IMG/VR virus record: IMGVR_UViG_3300020399_000132
Span: 64,001 to 128,000 of that record
Direction: 5' to 3' (one strand)
From: a virus
Lineage: Duplodnaviria > Caudoviricetes
Length of the DNA: 64,000 nt
Shown: one piece after another, positions 29,072 through 39,014 of the stretch
How positions within the stretch are numbered: position 1 is the first letter of the stretch
Layout: every line of letters begins with the position of its first letter
Position numbers and translations under genes: made by a program
The notes under the pieces: generated by a model
The model's input: only the letters and a program-made list of their open reading frames with translations
Told to the model about the DNA's origin: nothing
Databases searched by the model: none

Positions 29072-29811
29072 TTCATTCCTTTTACAAATAAAGGTTCATA
29101 AAGATATTTTTGTTCTTTACCTTCTGTTGAATATTGTTCCGGTTCAAGTTCATATATGATACTAGGCGTTTCATTTCCAACTAACCATTTATGTTTTAAA
29201 GGTGACCAACCTTGTCGAAGATGTCTACAAAAAGCATCTCGATGTGTCCATATTTTATATTTCCCATCTCTTTGTATTCTATAAGAAATGTGATGATCTG
29301 AAGCATTTGTATTACTATACGTTTGTAAAGGATACTCTAATAAAATATTTCTCTTAAAACTACTTATACAAAAACATACAACGCTTACTTCAAAATTATT
29401 TGATGTACTTAATACTTCATCTATTGTAAGATATTTGGGATAATCTTCTCTTTCAGGCCAGCGCTCTTGATCGATAGTTGGTAATCTACTTGTAGCCACA
29501 TTAGAGATTGTACTCATCGCCTCACCGTTCATATGCATATTCACCCATGCGGTAAAAATATCACACTTGGAAACATTTTGTAAAACTGTATCAACAGCTC
29601 TCTTATAAAGAATAGCATCATCTGAATTTACCAAATAATGTGAATAATTTGTTTCTCTTACAAACTTATTCATTTGCTCACATACTTGAGGTTCTGTAAA
29701 CGCTCTAAACCATACTTTCGGGATATTTATATTGGCACGATTAGTTTCTATTGGAATAGCCAATTCTCTTGGCTGCATTTGCATTAGAACAGGATTAAAC
29801 GTCATACCCAA
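29068..29811 (-). CDS. Glycosyltransferase-like hypothetical protein
   Basis: YLVNSDD acidic motif, SDH, HLR; gene context. Confidence 0.5.
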   Translation of the reverse strand: MGMTFNPVLMQMQPRELAIPIETNRANINIPKVWFRAFTEPQVCEQMNKFVRETNYSHYLVNSDDAILYKRAVDTVLQNVSKCDIFTAWVNMHMNGEAMSTISNVATSRLPTIDQERWPEREDYPKYLTIDEVLSTSNNFEVSVVCFCISSFKRNILLEYPLQTYSNTNASDHHISYRIQRDGKYKIWTHRDAFCRHLRQGWSPLKHKWLVGNETPSIIYELEPEQYSTEGKEQKYLYEPLFVKGMK

Positions 29812-30521
29812 TTTTTTAATAATTCTATATTAAAACTTTTATTATAAAGTTGTTGTATTTTAGGTATACCATGAAAATATACGATACTTGTGGTTTTCAA
29901 AAGTATTGGGGATTTCATTATATGCATTTTATAACTATGAATTCTATTAGGGAATCCAATATCTATTCTGGGGACCTTTCCATCGGCATTATATAACCTT
30001 CTCATCATTGCTAATTCTGATGGTGTATTCCATGGGGGTATAGTACATTCTCTTATAATCCATTCTTTTTGATTTATCCAAATATTCCAAATCTCATTTG
30101 CTGTTTTATCACTAACGATACTAATAGCATTACATACTTCATCTTTCTTTATTATTCCTTCTCCTGCCATTGGATCAGACACAAGTCCAATATCTAAAGA
30201 AAAAGAAAGAATGTCATCTATATTAGAACAAATAATCGTATCCAGACCAATAGTCATTCTACGATTTGTTGTAATATCAGGTCTATAAAGTTCTGCTAGA
30301 AGAGACCAACCAGGAACAGTTGAATCTAAAAAGGGAATTGGTTTAATAGGTTCTTTAAAATTATAATCTTCGTCAACTAAACAAAACAATTCCCAATCAA
30401 TTGTAATGTTCCTCTTTAATCCCCGATATAATTTATCTACCCATTCTGGGGAATAAATGTCTACTGAATGAGGCAAGCCTCTTCCGGTTCCTTTAAAGAG
30501 ACCACATATAATTGAAATCAC
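29802..30521 (-). CDS. Glycosyltransferase-like protein
   Basis: YSPEWVDKLYRGLKRN, LDTII, SYK, VYFHGIPK. Confidence 0.7.
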   Translation of the reverse strand: MISIICGLFKGTGRGLPHSVDIYSPEWVDKLYRGLKRNITIDWELFCLVDEDYNFKEPIKPIPFLDSTVPGWSLLAELYRPDITTNRRMTIGLDTIICSNIDDILSFSLDIGLVSDPMAGEGIIKKDEVCNAISIVSDKTANEIWNIWINQKEWIIRECTIPPWNTPSELAMMRRLYNADGKVPRIDIGFPNRIHSYKMHIMKSPILLKTTSIVYFHGIPKIQQLYNKSFNIELLKNWV

Positions 30522-30760
30522 GTTCCGTTAAAATGCTCCACTAGATCATTATAATCACCGACATATTCTCCATTTAAAATTATCTGGGGAACTTTTTTAC
30601 TATGAGTGACTTGCATTAAATTCCAGAAAAACTTTTTATCACTATCTATAATTGTATATTTAATACCTTTTTGATCTAATAAATCTTTTGACTTGTCACA
30701 CCAATCACATTCGGGAACTGATTGATGTCTCACTAGAACATTATTTAATTCTATATTCAT
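30518..30760 (-). CDS. Glutaredoxin
   Basis: CDWC, KVPQI, VGDYNDL. Confidence 0.85.
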   Translation of the reverse strand: MNIELNNVLVRHQSVPECDWCDKSKDLLDQKGIKYTIIDSDKKFFWNLMQVTHSKKVPQIILNGEYVGDYNDLVEHFNGT

Positions 30761-30845
30761 TATTTTATATCTTCTTTTATACTAGTATGATAACCCTCTT
30801 GCAGTATATGCCGTTGCACAGGTTATCATACCAACTCAAATTTAA

Positions 30846-31331
30846 TTACTTCTTCGGAGCTTTGAAGGGCTGCTTCAGCTTTTTTGCTAAATCAGACTTT
30901 TCTGATTTCTTCATAGGGTCCGCAGTACCATGTTGCACACTGTTCTGCCCTTTTCCCTTGTAATCAGGGCCCCAGTTCTTGTGGTCGTCTCGTGCGCTTC
31001 TGCCGTCAGCGGCTATGTCCGAAATTTTCGGTTCCTTATCATAATTTTTTCCGGTTCCTCTGTGCGGATTGTCATGCTCTGGGGGCTTTCTCTTATAACG
31101 TCTCGGATCATTTTCACCCGCGCCGGACTGTCCGGGTTCTGCAGGGTGGCCTTTTGCATTCGCCATGTGGTCTTTATGCTTGTCGCGGTATGGAATTCCA
31201 CCTTGGTGCGGTATATCTTCTCGGTCTCTTTTTGCTTGCTGACCGCGCGTTTTAATGTTCGGCTTTTCGCCACGCGCTTTGATTGCATCAGCGACTCTAT
31301 CTTCATCTAAAAATTCTTTAAAAGACTTCAT
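30846..31331 (-). CDS. Basic internal head protein
   Basis: MKSFKEFLDE N-terminus; highly charged, low complexity. Confidence 0.7.
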   Translation of the reverse strand: MKSFKEFLDEDRVADAIKARGEKPNIKTRGQQAKRDREDIPHQGGIPYRDKHKDHMANAKGHPAEPGQSGAGENDPRRYKRKPPEHDNPHRGTGKNYDKEPKISDIAADGRSARDDHKNWGPDYKGKGQNSVQHGTADPMKKSEKSDLAKKLKQPFKAPKK

Positions 31332-32311
31332 ACACGTTTCCCACCTAAATGTGCTGCTACTTGTGCAACGAAAGAATCTTCGGGTATAAGAGCATTTGAA
31401 CTTGCTTCACCTGGATCAAAGGAATTTGATACATAGTAACCCTGATCTTCATCATCTCTTCGCTTCTGACTGTCTTGACCGCGCCAGTCGGTATGTCTCT
31501 GCTGATCGCTTTTCCCTCCGGTCTTCCCTTTTCTCTTCTGCCCCATTTCTCCTGCGGCCTTTGCAGCGGAAGATTTTGTGTCACCTTTTTCGGGGTAGTC
31601 TTTTCTATCAGTATAAGTTTGGAATTTGTCCGTTTGTCTTTTTCGCTTAGCGTCTGATTTTGCAGTTTTAGTTGTTCCTAGATCTGATTTCTGGGAGCTT
31701 GGATTATCGCGGATATCATTATAAGCTTTATCGGCTGCGCGTGATGTCAAATCTGAACTTAATTCATCGACGGGTTCTACTGCTTCAGTTTTTTTTTCGG
31801 GGGGAATACCCTGTCGAACTTGACCATACTTCTTTGCCATTGCTCGGTTTTTGGCTATCGCTTTTTCATTCGCTTCTGGGTCGCCGGTGATCCCTTCTTC
31901 AGTGGGTTCTACTTCTTCCTTTTTTGCAAACTGAGGTGGAACTTTTCCTTTTTTGGATTTGCCATCATCGTCATCATCGTCATCATCTGAATCCGAATCA
32001 TCGTCATCTGAATCATCATCTCCAACAGGAGCATCATCTTCATCTTCCTCTGCATCATCATCTCCTTTTTTTAGAAACTGAGGTGGGACTTTTCCTTCCT
32101 CGACTTCTTCCTCATCTTCGGCAAATAATGTTTGAGAAATTTTATACTTTTCTTCTTCGATTGCTACAACTACTTTATCTTCAATAATCGAATTAAACTT
32201 CTGATTAGCCGCGTGTAACTCACCAGTAAGGATCAGTTCTACTAGTTCTTCCGCGGGAGCTTCCACTGTATTTTCATCATTTAATTCTTCTGTTCCTTCT
32301 ACTTCCGACAT
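31328..32311 (-). CDS. Prohead core protein (gp67-like N-terminus) with acidic/charged extension
   Basis: LVELILTGELHAANQKFNSIIEDKVVVAIEEEKYKISQTLF; GKVPPQF repeated twice; TATAAATA upstream near 32363. Confidence 0.65.
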   Translation of the reverse strand: MSEVEGTEELNDENTVEAPAEELVELILTGELHAANQKFNSIIEDKVVVAIEEEKYKISQTLFAEDEEEVEEGKVPPQFLKKGDDDAEEDEDDAPVGDDDSDDDDSDSDDDDDDDDGKSKKGKVPPQFAKKEEVEPTEEGITGDPEANEKAIAKNRAMAKKYGQVRQGIPPEKKTEAVEPVDELSSDLTSRAADKAYNDIRDNPSSQKSDLGTTKTAKSDAKRKRQTDKFQTYTDRKDYPEKGDTKSSAAKAAGEMGQKRKGKTGGKSDQQRHTDWRGQDSQKRRDDEDQGYYVSNSFDPGEASSNALIPEDSFVAQVAAHLGGKRV

Positions 32312-32381
32312 TGTTACACTCCGTTAAATATTTGTCAGTTATAATCTGGTTGTTTATAGGTATATTTATACATTTAGTAAT

Positions 32382-32747
32382 CTACAATTTACCATGGTTC
32401 ACAGGAAACTGAAGAAACCAATCTTCTGAATTATAAGATTTATCACAAATATACATATCAAACCACGGTTTACCACCTACAACAAGTGAATGAAACTTGG
32501 CCCCCCATTCCTGCAATTGTTTTTCCGTATCATTATACCAATATTGTGGATCATCTTTAAATGACTCTCCACCTCTACCTGTCCAATATATAATCTCATG
32601 TCCTTGATCATAGAGATCGTTTACTATTTGAATTCGTTCAGGATATGGTTTCATATCTAGATATGTTAAAGTATCATCTTTCTTTTCTTTTCTAACGTCT
32701 TCACGATTAGTACAAATAGTACCATCTATATCAAAAGCATATCTCAT
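32382..32747 (-). CDS. HAD-family phosphatase
   Basis: FDIDGTIC, WTGRG, GKP, ICDK. Confidence 0.85.
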   Translation of the reverse strand: MRYAFDIDGTICTNREDVRKEKKDDTLTYLDMKPYPERIQIVNDLYDQGHEIIYWTGRGGESFKDDPQYWYNDTEKQLQEWGAKFHSLVVGGKPWFDMYICDKSYNSEDWFLQFPVNHGKL

Positions 32748-32752
32748 CTTTT

Positions 32753-33340
32753 TTACACCATTCTCATTTCCTGTACTTTATCACAAAGACCTAATTTCTT
32801 AGCTTGTTTTGAATCCAACCAAACATCATGTGGTGGGAGTAACTTTTCACGAATTACCTTTTCTGTCAATCCAGTACATTTTTTGTAATGTGTCAACAAC
32901 CGATTTGTAGTTAAATCAAATTCTTTTACTGTCGCGAACAGCTCATGTTCTTTTCCAAACGATCCCCATGTATATTGATGAGATAGAATTGATGTATTAG
33001 GTGTAAGTATTCTTTTACCTTTTGTTCCAGTAATGAACATCAACAATCCACATGATGCAATCATTCCCATTCCGATTGTACGTATCGGAATTTTAGAACC
33101 CATCATGACATCTAGAAGAGCGAAACATGCATTCAAATCACCGCCAGGAGAACAGATTCCCAAAGTCAACTCTTTATGTTGTTTTTCTTTAGTAAAATTG
33201 GATGCAACAATCCAATTAATTATTGGACTCATTGTTTCCATTGAGACTTCACCCATGAATATGTGAAACCCTCTTTGGAATAATTCTGCATCTGGTGCTT
33301 CTGTACTTTGTGGCTTTTGCCCTTTTTCTTCATCTGTCAT
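32753..33340 (-). CDS. clpP: ClpP-like protease subunit
   Basis: CSPGG, IASCG (catalytic Ser), SHQ, DVWLDSKQAKKLGLCD. Confidence 0.85.
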   Translation of the reverse strand: MTDEEKGQKPQSTEAPDAELFQRGFHIFMGEVSMETMSPIINWIVASNFTKEKQHKELTLGICSPGGDLNACFALLDVMMGSKIPIRTIGMGMIASCGLLMFITGTKGKRILTPNTSILSHQYTWGSFGKEHELFATVKEFDLTTNRLLTHYKKCTGLTEKVIREKLLPPHDVWLDSKQAKKLGLCDKVQEMRMV

Positions 33341-33493
33341 TTTTCTTTTTCGATCTGATTTTTAATATGCTACCTCTGTACCCATCGGGAGTTTTATATT
33401 GTAATACAGTTTCAATATAAAAATCTTGATTGCCATATGCAGAATAATGAGATTTTAAACCTATAAGTGATTCTTTATCTTTAATTGATTCCC

Positions 33494-33652
33494 TTAAAGT
33501 TGTCGAATATTCGGATACAATGGTTCATTATCACTATCGTGTTCTGCTACTGTGGAATATTCAGTGCATCCACACTGAACGGTTGGCGAACATTCACATG
33601 GGTCGCAGTTACAATGTTCTTGTGAATTGCAATGTGTGTTAGTACATGCCAT
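33494..33652 (-). CDS. Metallothionein-like Cys/His-rich peptide (52 aa), not in ORF track
   Basis: MACTNTHCNSQEHCNCDPCECSPTVQCGCTEYST...; AAAGGAG RBS. Confidence 0.7.
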   Translation of the reverse strand: MACTNTHCNSQEHCNCDPCECSPTVQCGCTEYSTVAEHDSDNEPLYPNIRQL

Positions 33653-33852
33653 TAGTTTTCTCCTTTATTAATCCCACAAATCTTTATCCCATTCTTTATT
33701 AAAGTGTTCGTGGATAATATGTTTCTTATTGTTCTTTGTTTTTTTCCCGGCCTCATCCCGTGCTTTCATTCGCATAGCGCTAACGCCACGTTCAAGAAAA
33801 CTGGGACCGTTCCATATTTCTCTAAAACTCATTTTCTCTCTCACAAAGGTAT

Positions 33853-34038
33853 TTATATATCATAACTTCCTTGTCTATGTAATTTCCGTTGATGAGAACA
33901 TTTAAAACAAAGTTGTCCTGCTCCTTCAACGTAACCGGCTCTAAAAGTTACATTATCTGTTTTCTTATATTGAGTAGCTGTTCCACAGCGAACACAATAT
34001 TCAGTTTCGTCTTCTACTTCTTCTTTTTTAATACCCAT
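33853..34038 (-). CDS. Small Zn-finger-like protein
   Basis: CVRC...GYVEGAGQLCFKC. Confidence 0.7.
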   Translation of the reverse strand: MGIKKEEVEDETEYCVRCGTATQYKKTDNVTFRAGYVEGAGQLCFKCSHQRKLHRQGSYDI

Positions 34039-34248
34039 TTCGTTGTACTCCCGTGCTGAATATAATCACATTTTTCGTCTAACTGTTTCATGGCTAAACC
34101 AAACGGACAAGGTATTTCTGTATGATAGGCACAAGATGTAATTAACAAAAAAAACACTGTACTTAAAACCCGTGAGGTTGTCCCCAATGTTGTATGATAG
34201 CATTGACCCATAGAATATATATCAAATTCTTCCATAACCAAACTTCAA

Positions 34249-34530
34249 TCATTTATCCTCTTCTGTCAATGGTACACCCCTATAATCAAGAGATTCTTTT
34301 TTCATAACAAAAGATTTTTCTTTCACCATTGATTCAAAAACCTTCCATAATTTTTTCATTCTTGTTTCATGTAATTCGCTTAATCCAATTAAAACATTCG
34401 CAATATCATCTTCTGACATTTTGTCTGGATCATCCATCATGCGACTAGTTATTGATTCAAGATCGTCTTTCGTATTCCAGACACTCATGATTCCTGCTTC
34501 TAAATCAAATCTATCATATTCTTGTCCCAT
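34249..34530 (-). CDS. Hypothetical protein
   Basis: DRFDLE...IMSVW conserved-looking phage ORF. Confidence 0.7.
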   Translation of the reverse strand: MGQEYDRFDLEAGIMSVWNTKDDLESITSRMMDDPDKMSEDDIANVLIGLSELHETRMKKLWKVFESMVKEKSFVMKKESLDYRGVPLTEEDK

Positions 34531-34536
34531 ATGATC

Positions 34537-34752
34537 TTACCACTTTCTAAAAGATTTTAATATTTTCATTCGCTTTTCTTTATATTCGTCAAAGGTAGAA
34601 AAATTAAAAATACGAACTCCAAGATAAATTAATACAATCCCCAACAATGATGTATGTATATGAGGCCAAATAAAATATGCTCCAATAAGTATTGTAGTCA
34701 AAGAGAGTAACCATCCTCCAAATTTCATCCATTCCATTTTCATTAATCCCAA
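34537..34752 (-). CDS. Small membrane protein
   Basis: Two hydrophobic segments. Confidence 0.6.
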   Translation of the reverse strand: MGLMKMEWMKFGGWLLSLTTILIGAYFIWPHIHTSLLGIVLIYLGVRIFNFSTFDEYKEKRMKILKSFRKW

Positions 34753-35258
34753 AGCCCGTTATAATATTTTCCAAACAATTTAAATCCTTTAATTATCCGA
34801 TTTTGATATTTCTCCCTACCCTCTACATCATATTCACGAGTATGATTTGGTCCGTATGCCCACGTATACAATGGTTCGCCTTCTTCATCTTTCTTATCAG
34901 GGATTTCAACAAATGATACATCATTTTCTCCTGACGCAAATTCATCTTCCCAATCTTCCAATTTAGATTGAAACGCGAAAATCATTTCGTCCATTACATA
35001 ATCCCAACGAGTAAAATAATGTTTATCAGATTCACCACCGTCCCAATGTTCTTTTAGTTCTTCTTCTGTTGCTCGAAGAAACTTTGGTACATCTTCATTT
35101 TCTACAAAAGGTGCACCTTGTTTAACATCTTTGAGCCTCTTTAGTAGCGGCACAATAATATGTGCAAGTGTCACATCAACGTTCCAAGTATCGTAATCAT
35201 GTATTTCAATTTTTTCTGCCCTATTTTTTCTGGCTGGGTTTCCGAGTCTTACAAACAT
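34743..35258 (-). CDS. Conserved phage hypothetical protein
   Basis: IHDYDTWNVDVTLAHII...WDYVMDEMIFAF...GFKLFGKYYNGLWD. Confidence 0.75.
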   Translation of the reverse strand: MFVRLGNPARKNRAEKIEIHDYDTWNVDVTLAHIIVPLLKRLKDVKQGAPFVENEDVPKFLRATEEELKEHWDGGESDKHYFTRWDYVMDEMIFAFQSKLEDWEDEFASGENDVSFVEIPDKKDEEGEPLYTWAYGPNHTREYDVEGREKYQNRIIKGFKLFGKYYNGLWD

Positions 35259-35268
35259 ATTTTATTTT

Positions 35269-35481
35269 TTATGGAGGGTATACTAATCCTTTTTCTTCCA
35301 TCTGAAAATTTAGTTCTTTCCGAACAAGTCCTAATACTCCTTCTCTGTCTTGTTCATATTTGATCTTGTTTTGGATAAACTGATCTATGTGCCAAACAAG
35401 CAATGCCCAATCCATACCTTTATTAGCGATATGAAATAGTTCTTCATCTTCTGGTAAATCAAATTCTAATATTGCTTTCAT
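35269..35481 (-). CDS. Hypothetical protein
   Basis: MKAILEFDLPED. Confidence 0.7.
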   Translation of the reverse strand: MKAILEFDLPEDEELFHIANKGMDWALLVWHIDQFIQNKIKYEQDREGVLGLVRKELNFQMEEKGLVYPP

Positions 35482-35756
35482 AAATTTTTCCCTAAAAGGT
35501 CCATTGGATATCCTATGGCTCTTCTCATTTCCAATTCTTCTGTTTGATCCAAAAAGTTATCTCGTACCTCTTTAAATTGCCAATCAAAATCTTTATCGTA
35601 TTGATTATCGATCCAACGACAACTTTGATTCCAATGTTCCACGCAAAACTTTCCCGATTGTATATATTTAACCTTAACAATATTCCCAGTTTTTTTAACT
35701 AGATTTCTTCCATGCCTTGTTCTAGGTGTTAATACTAAAACATCTCCTTTTATCAT
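35478..35756 (-). CDS. Hypothetical protein
   Basis: Translationally coupled ORF. Confidence 0.65.
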   Translation of the reverse strand: MIKGDVLVLTPRTRHGRNLVKKTGNIVKVKYIQSGKFCVEHWNQSCRWIDNQYDKDFDWQFKEVRDNFLDQTEELEMRRAIGYPMDLLGKNL

Positions 35757-36037
35757 TTGCCCTTTATGTCACAGGTCAACCAAACTAGTGGCTTACCGTC
35801 GAAATTCTTATACATTCTAGTTGGGTATTCTCGGTGCTCCGGGCGATGTTTTTTATGGTATTCTTTGCCCGGCTTATTGCCTTGGTGATCTAGAACTTGT
35901 ATGCCGTAGCTATTGAGCATTTTAGTTTCTCCTGCACCATTATCGTAGTAGTTCCAACAAGCTACTTCAGATGAAAATTCTTTATCTATTGTATAAATGA
36001 CGGGGTTCCATGTCATGACTATTGCTATCCATATCAT
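35753..36037 (-). CDS. Hypothetical protein
   Basis: Translationally coupled ORF. Confidence 0.6.
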   Translation of the reverse strand: MIWIAIVMTWNPVIYTIDKEFSSEVACWNYYDNGAGETKMLNSYGIQVLDHQGNKPGKEYHKKHRPEHREYPTRMYKNFDGKPLVWLTCDIKGK

Positions 36038-36254
36038 AATATTCTTTCACATGTTTCGATGCTTCATCTGAGGTATCATATAAGAATACTCTTTTTGTTT
36101 TCTTTCTCTCAGAATATTCTTTAAGAGAAATTAGTGAGCTAGCAACTTCTTCCATGCCAATACATTCTTCATCAAATTCTGTTACTACATATTTATGCTT
36201 ACCAAATTTATTTTTACCACTGCCTTTTAAAATTTGAATAGTCGCGGTTTTCAA
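35982..36254 (-). CDS. Hypothetical protein
   Basis: ORF; N-terminus resembles a small ORF near 37690-37853 (KTATI.IL). Confidence 0.6.
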   Translation of the reverse strand: MKTATIQILKGSGKNKFGKHKYVVTEFDEECIGMEEVASSLISLKEYSERKKTKRVFLYDTSDEASKHVKEYYDMDSNSHDMEPRHLYNR

Positions 36255-36263
36255 ATGAATTCC

Positions 36264-36650
36264 CTAGAACCCGGGTGTTAGGCCCGGCTCCGGATATCCG
36301 GCGTCTGCCCGCTGCTGTGGAGTCCATAAATGTAGTTCACATCCGAACTCATCTCTGACAACCTGCCCATTAGCGCGTACGTGTGTAGCACATTTTTCAA
36401 AATTTATTAAACTTGGAGATGAATAAACCGGTGTTTTAAATGCTATAGATACTGGTTCTTCTTCATGTGTATGTGTAACTTCTCGTCTTTCCATTACACA
36501 ATCCGGACATTCGCCAGTTTTCGTATCTACCCAACACCCAGATAATGCTTTACAGACCTCTTCTGTTACATATTCATTTCCGTATATATAATTATAGGAA
36601 GAGAAAAAGAAAAATATAACAATCCATAATGTAAGTATTAAATATTTCAT
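36264..36650 (-). CDS. Secreted/membrane-anchored Cys-containing protein
   Basis: Likely start MKYLILTLW (signal-like) rather than 36713. Confidence 0.6.
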   Translation of the reverse strand: MKYLILTLWIVIFFFFSSYNYIYGNEYVTEEVCKALSGCWVDTKTGECPDCVMERREVTHTHEEEPVSIAFKTPVYSSPSLINFEKCATHVRANGQVVRDEFGCELHLWTPQQRADAGYPEPGLTPGF

Positions 36651-37140
36651 AATGCCCCGAAAAAAATATATTTGTCCATCATCGCCCAAAGATAGTCTGG
36701 TAACTCTATCCACCTACAAAAATCTATAAAGTTACTATTAACAAAATAATACCACTCTGCGCTAACAAAACTAAAACCGTACCCTAATATAAATCCTAAA
36801 ACGATATATTTAAACATAAGTTATTTTAAAACTATCCAGGTCCAGGCTACTATCATAAAGATAAAACCAAGGTAAGCTGCTACACCACCCAAAAAATATA
36901 ATACATCATAAACCATTTTACCTCAACCCTGACCAATTCATAACTGGATCATTATACATTTCTTCTTGTTCACGACAGTAATGATAATATCTCATATCCT
37001 GTGCATCCAAATCTGCTTGATACTCTTCTTCAGAATCCGGCATGAACATATCTTCCATGGGTTCTTCTGCAACCTTTCTTGCTATATTATCTACCACTGC
37101 GTTACTCCAAATATAGGTTATATCTTTCATAATTTCCTTT

Positions 37141-37506
37141 TTATCCAGCGCCTGTCCAACGGACATGACCAAAAGTTCTGTCAAGGACATTTCCTCTTGC
37201 AAAGTTTCTTGCAGGAGCCGCCCATCCAGCAGGTTTCAAAATATCTCCAAAACTGAATTTCTTATCAGTGGTGGTGTTCACAATAAAAGCACTAACACTA
37301 CTATTGCTAGTCACCTTGATATATTTTAAACCAGTAGTATAACTAATTTCATTAGCATACTCTTCTTCCATTCTTGTACGAATTTCATTATTGGAATGTG
37401 CAGAATCATGTTTTGCACACATACCAGACCATCTGCGATAATCTTCTCGCATATGTTCCATCATTGCTTCAACACCTTCTTCAATATTTTCATTCAATTC
37501 ATTCAT
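37141..37506 (-). CDS. Conserved phage hypothetical protein
   Basis: KYIKV...GDILKPAGWAAPARNFARGN. Confidence 0.75.
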   Translation of the reverse strand: MNELNENIEEGVEAMMEHMREDYRRWSGMCAKHDSAHSNNEIRTRMEEEYANEISYTTGLKYIKVTSNSSVSAFIVNTTTDKKFSFGDILKPAGWAAPARNFARGNVLDRTFGHVRWTGAG

Positions 37507-37858
37507 ATTATTTTTGTATTTTTAATTGTTGTTTGAGCTCTTTCTATTTTTTTCTTTAATAGTTTTTTCTCATTATCATCTTTACTAGAATTTAGCTTCT
37601 TTTCATATACAAGAATAGATGCTTCTGTTCGTTTGATTGCTCCTTCTTGGCGAGCTTGTTTTCCATGTTGTTTCATTCTATTCCTTCCCATTCTCTTATT
37701 GCTCCTCCTGCTTCCGCAAGGGTGTAGAAGAATTCACCACTCATTTCGATCCCATCTTCATATCTTCGTACCATATATTCACCTCTAGTACGAGATCCTA
37801 AAACCTTTTCATCTTTTTCTAAAATTTCAATTGTTGCTGTTTTCTTTTTCATCGTATA

Positions 37859-38209
37859 TTATTTTCCTTTATAAACGTAATATTTGGAACTATTGAAATG
37901 ATCAAGAGGAATCCTAGGATCTCCTGGTTCCATCATCGAATAACAATGACCGCAAGGTTTTTTCCCTTGCTTCTTCAGTGCATTTCTTAAAGCTTGAAGA
38001 AAACTATCCACTTCTTCATCGACTATTTCTTTTGCATCTTGTTCTGATGTGTCTGTAAACAACGACACAACTTGTTCTGATGTGTCTGTAAACAACGACA
38101 CAACCTGCTCTTTACCCCACTCAAAAAATCCAGAAGCAAATACCGGCTGCGCGCCAAAGACACTCGCTCCGAGTGTTATTGATAAAAATAATATAGTTAT
38201 TTTTTTCAT
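37859..38209 (-). CDS. Secreted hypothetical protein with an internal duplication
   Basis: Signal peptide MKKITILF; EQVVSLFTDTS twice. Confidence 0.65.
   Translation of the reverse strand: MKKITILFLSITLGASVFGAQPVFASGFFEWGKEQVVSLFTDTSEQVVSLFTDTSEQDAKEIVDEEVDSFLQALRNALKKQGKKPCGHCYSMMEPGDPRIPLDHFNSSKYYVYKGK
38038..38103. repeat. Perfect 33-bp tandem duplication (in frame)
   Basis: CTTGTTCTGATGTGTCTGTAAACAACGACACAA x2. Confidence 0.95.
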
Positions 38210-38368
38210 GATATTCTCTCTCAATTTTATAATACAAAAAATATAATCATTGCCCAGGTTCCGGCGACCATCGCTACGGTTCCAACAAATCTAACAATTT
38301 CTGTTAGTATAATTCTTTTCGACATGGCTCTCTCCATAATTTAAGTTATTATTTTATTCTCTACTTAT

Positions 38369-38452
38369 ATTATACCATATCTAACTCAACATGTCAACGT
38401 TTTTGTTTCGCAATAATATCAATTGGTTACTTGAATCTCGTTGAAATCATTG
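38369..38452 (-). promoter_or_regulatory. Sigma70-type early promoter plus 42-bp dyad
   Basis: TTGACA (38392-38397)-17-TATAAT (38369-38374); dyad 38411-38452. Confidence 0.8.
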
Positions 38453-38480
38453 ATAAACAAAATTGAAAATAATTGAGAAA

Positions 38481-39014
38481 TCATACGTTTGTGATCAAAT
38501 TTTTAGCGGGAACAGGAATTTTATCAATAGACCCGGTAACATAATGGAGAAGCAACTGGATTTGATAGACTCCGTCGAAGGGTTCTCGCCAATGTTCATA
38601 TCTATTCTCTTTTTGATCATAGAGTAAAGCATCTCCTACATTGCAATGTATGGGTGTACCGTCGACATATAAAGGCCAAACAGTCCCTTGATAGCTATCA
38701 CCGTAAAGGTGACCTGTATGTATAGTAATAGAAATTTCGCAAGCATCAGTATCTACATGTTTAGTTAATTGTTGCCCGTTCTCATAAACAATATAGAACG
38801 AATATGATGGATGAATATCTTCTTTAAAATATTTTTGTACTCGTTCCCGAAAACTATATAAACAAGCTTCTGCAAAAGAATCTTTATAAGCACCATGAGT
38901 GTTAGGAAGTTCTTTTCCATATGATTTAAAATTATCTAATCGTTCTCTTAGCGCATAAGTTGTAAAACTCTGACATAAATCTTCTCCAAGAAAACCCTTT
39001 AATACATGTAACAT
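38481..39014 (-). CDS. 2OG-Fe(II) oxygenase-like protein
   Basis: KHVD...CEISIT...GDALLY...EHWREP...LHYV. Confidence 0.75.
   Translation of the reverse strand: MLHVLKGFLGEDLCQSFTTYALRERLDNFKSYGKELPNTHGAYKDSFAEACLYSFRERVQKYFKEDIHPSYSFYIVYENGQQLTKHVDTDACEISITIHTGHLYGDSYQGTVWPLYVDGTPIHCNVGDALLYDQKENRYEHWREPFDGVYQIQLLLHYVTGSIDKIPVPAKNLITNV

Noticed and set aside
38038-38103. 33-bp repeat as a CRISPR array
   Set aside because: Two directly adjacent copies with no spacer, in frame within a CDS; no cas genes.
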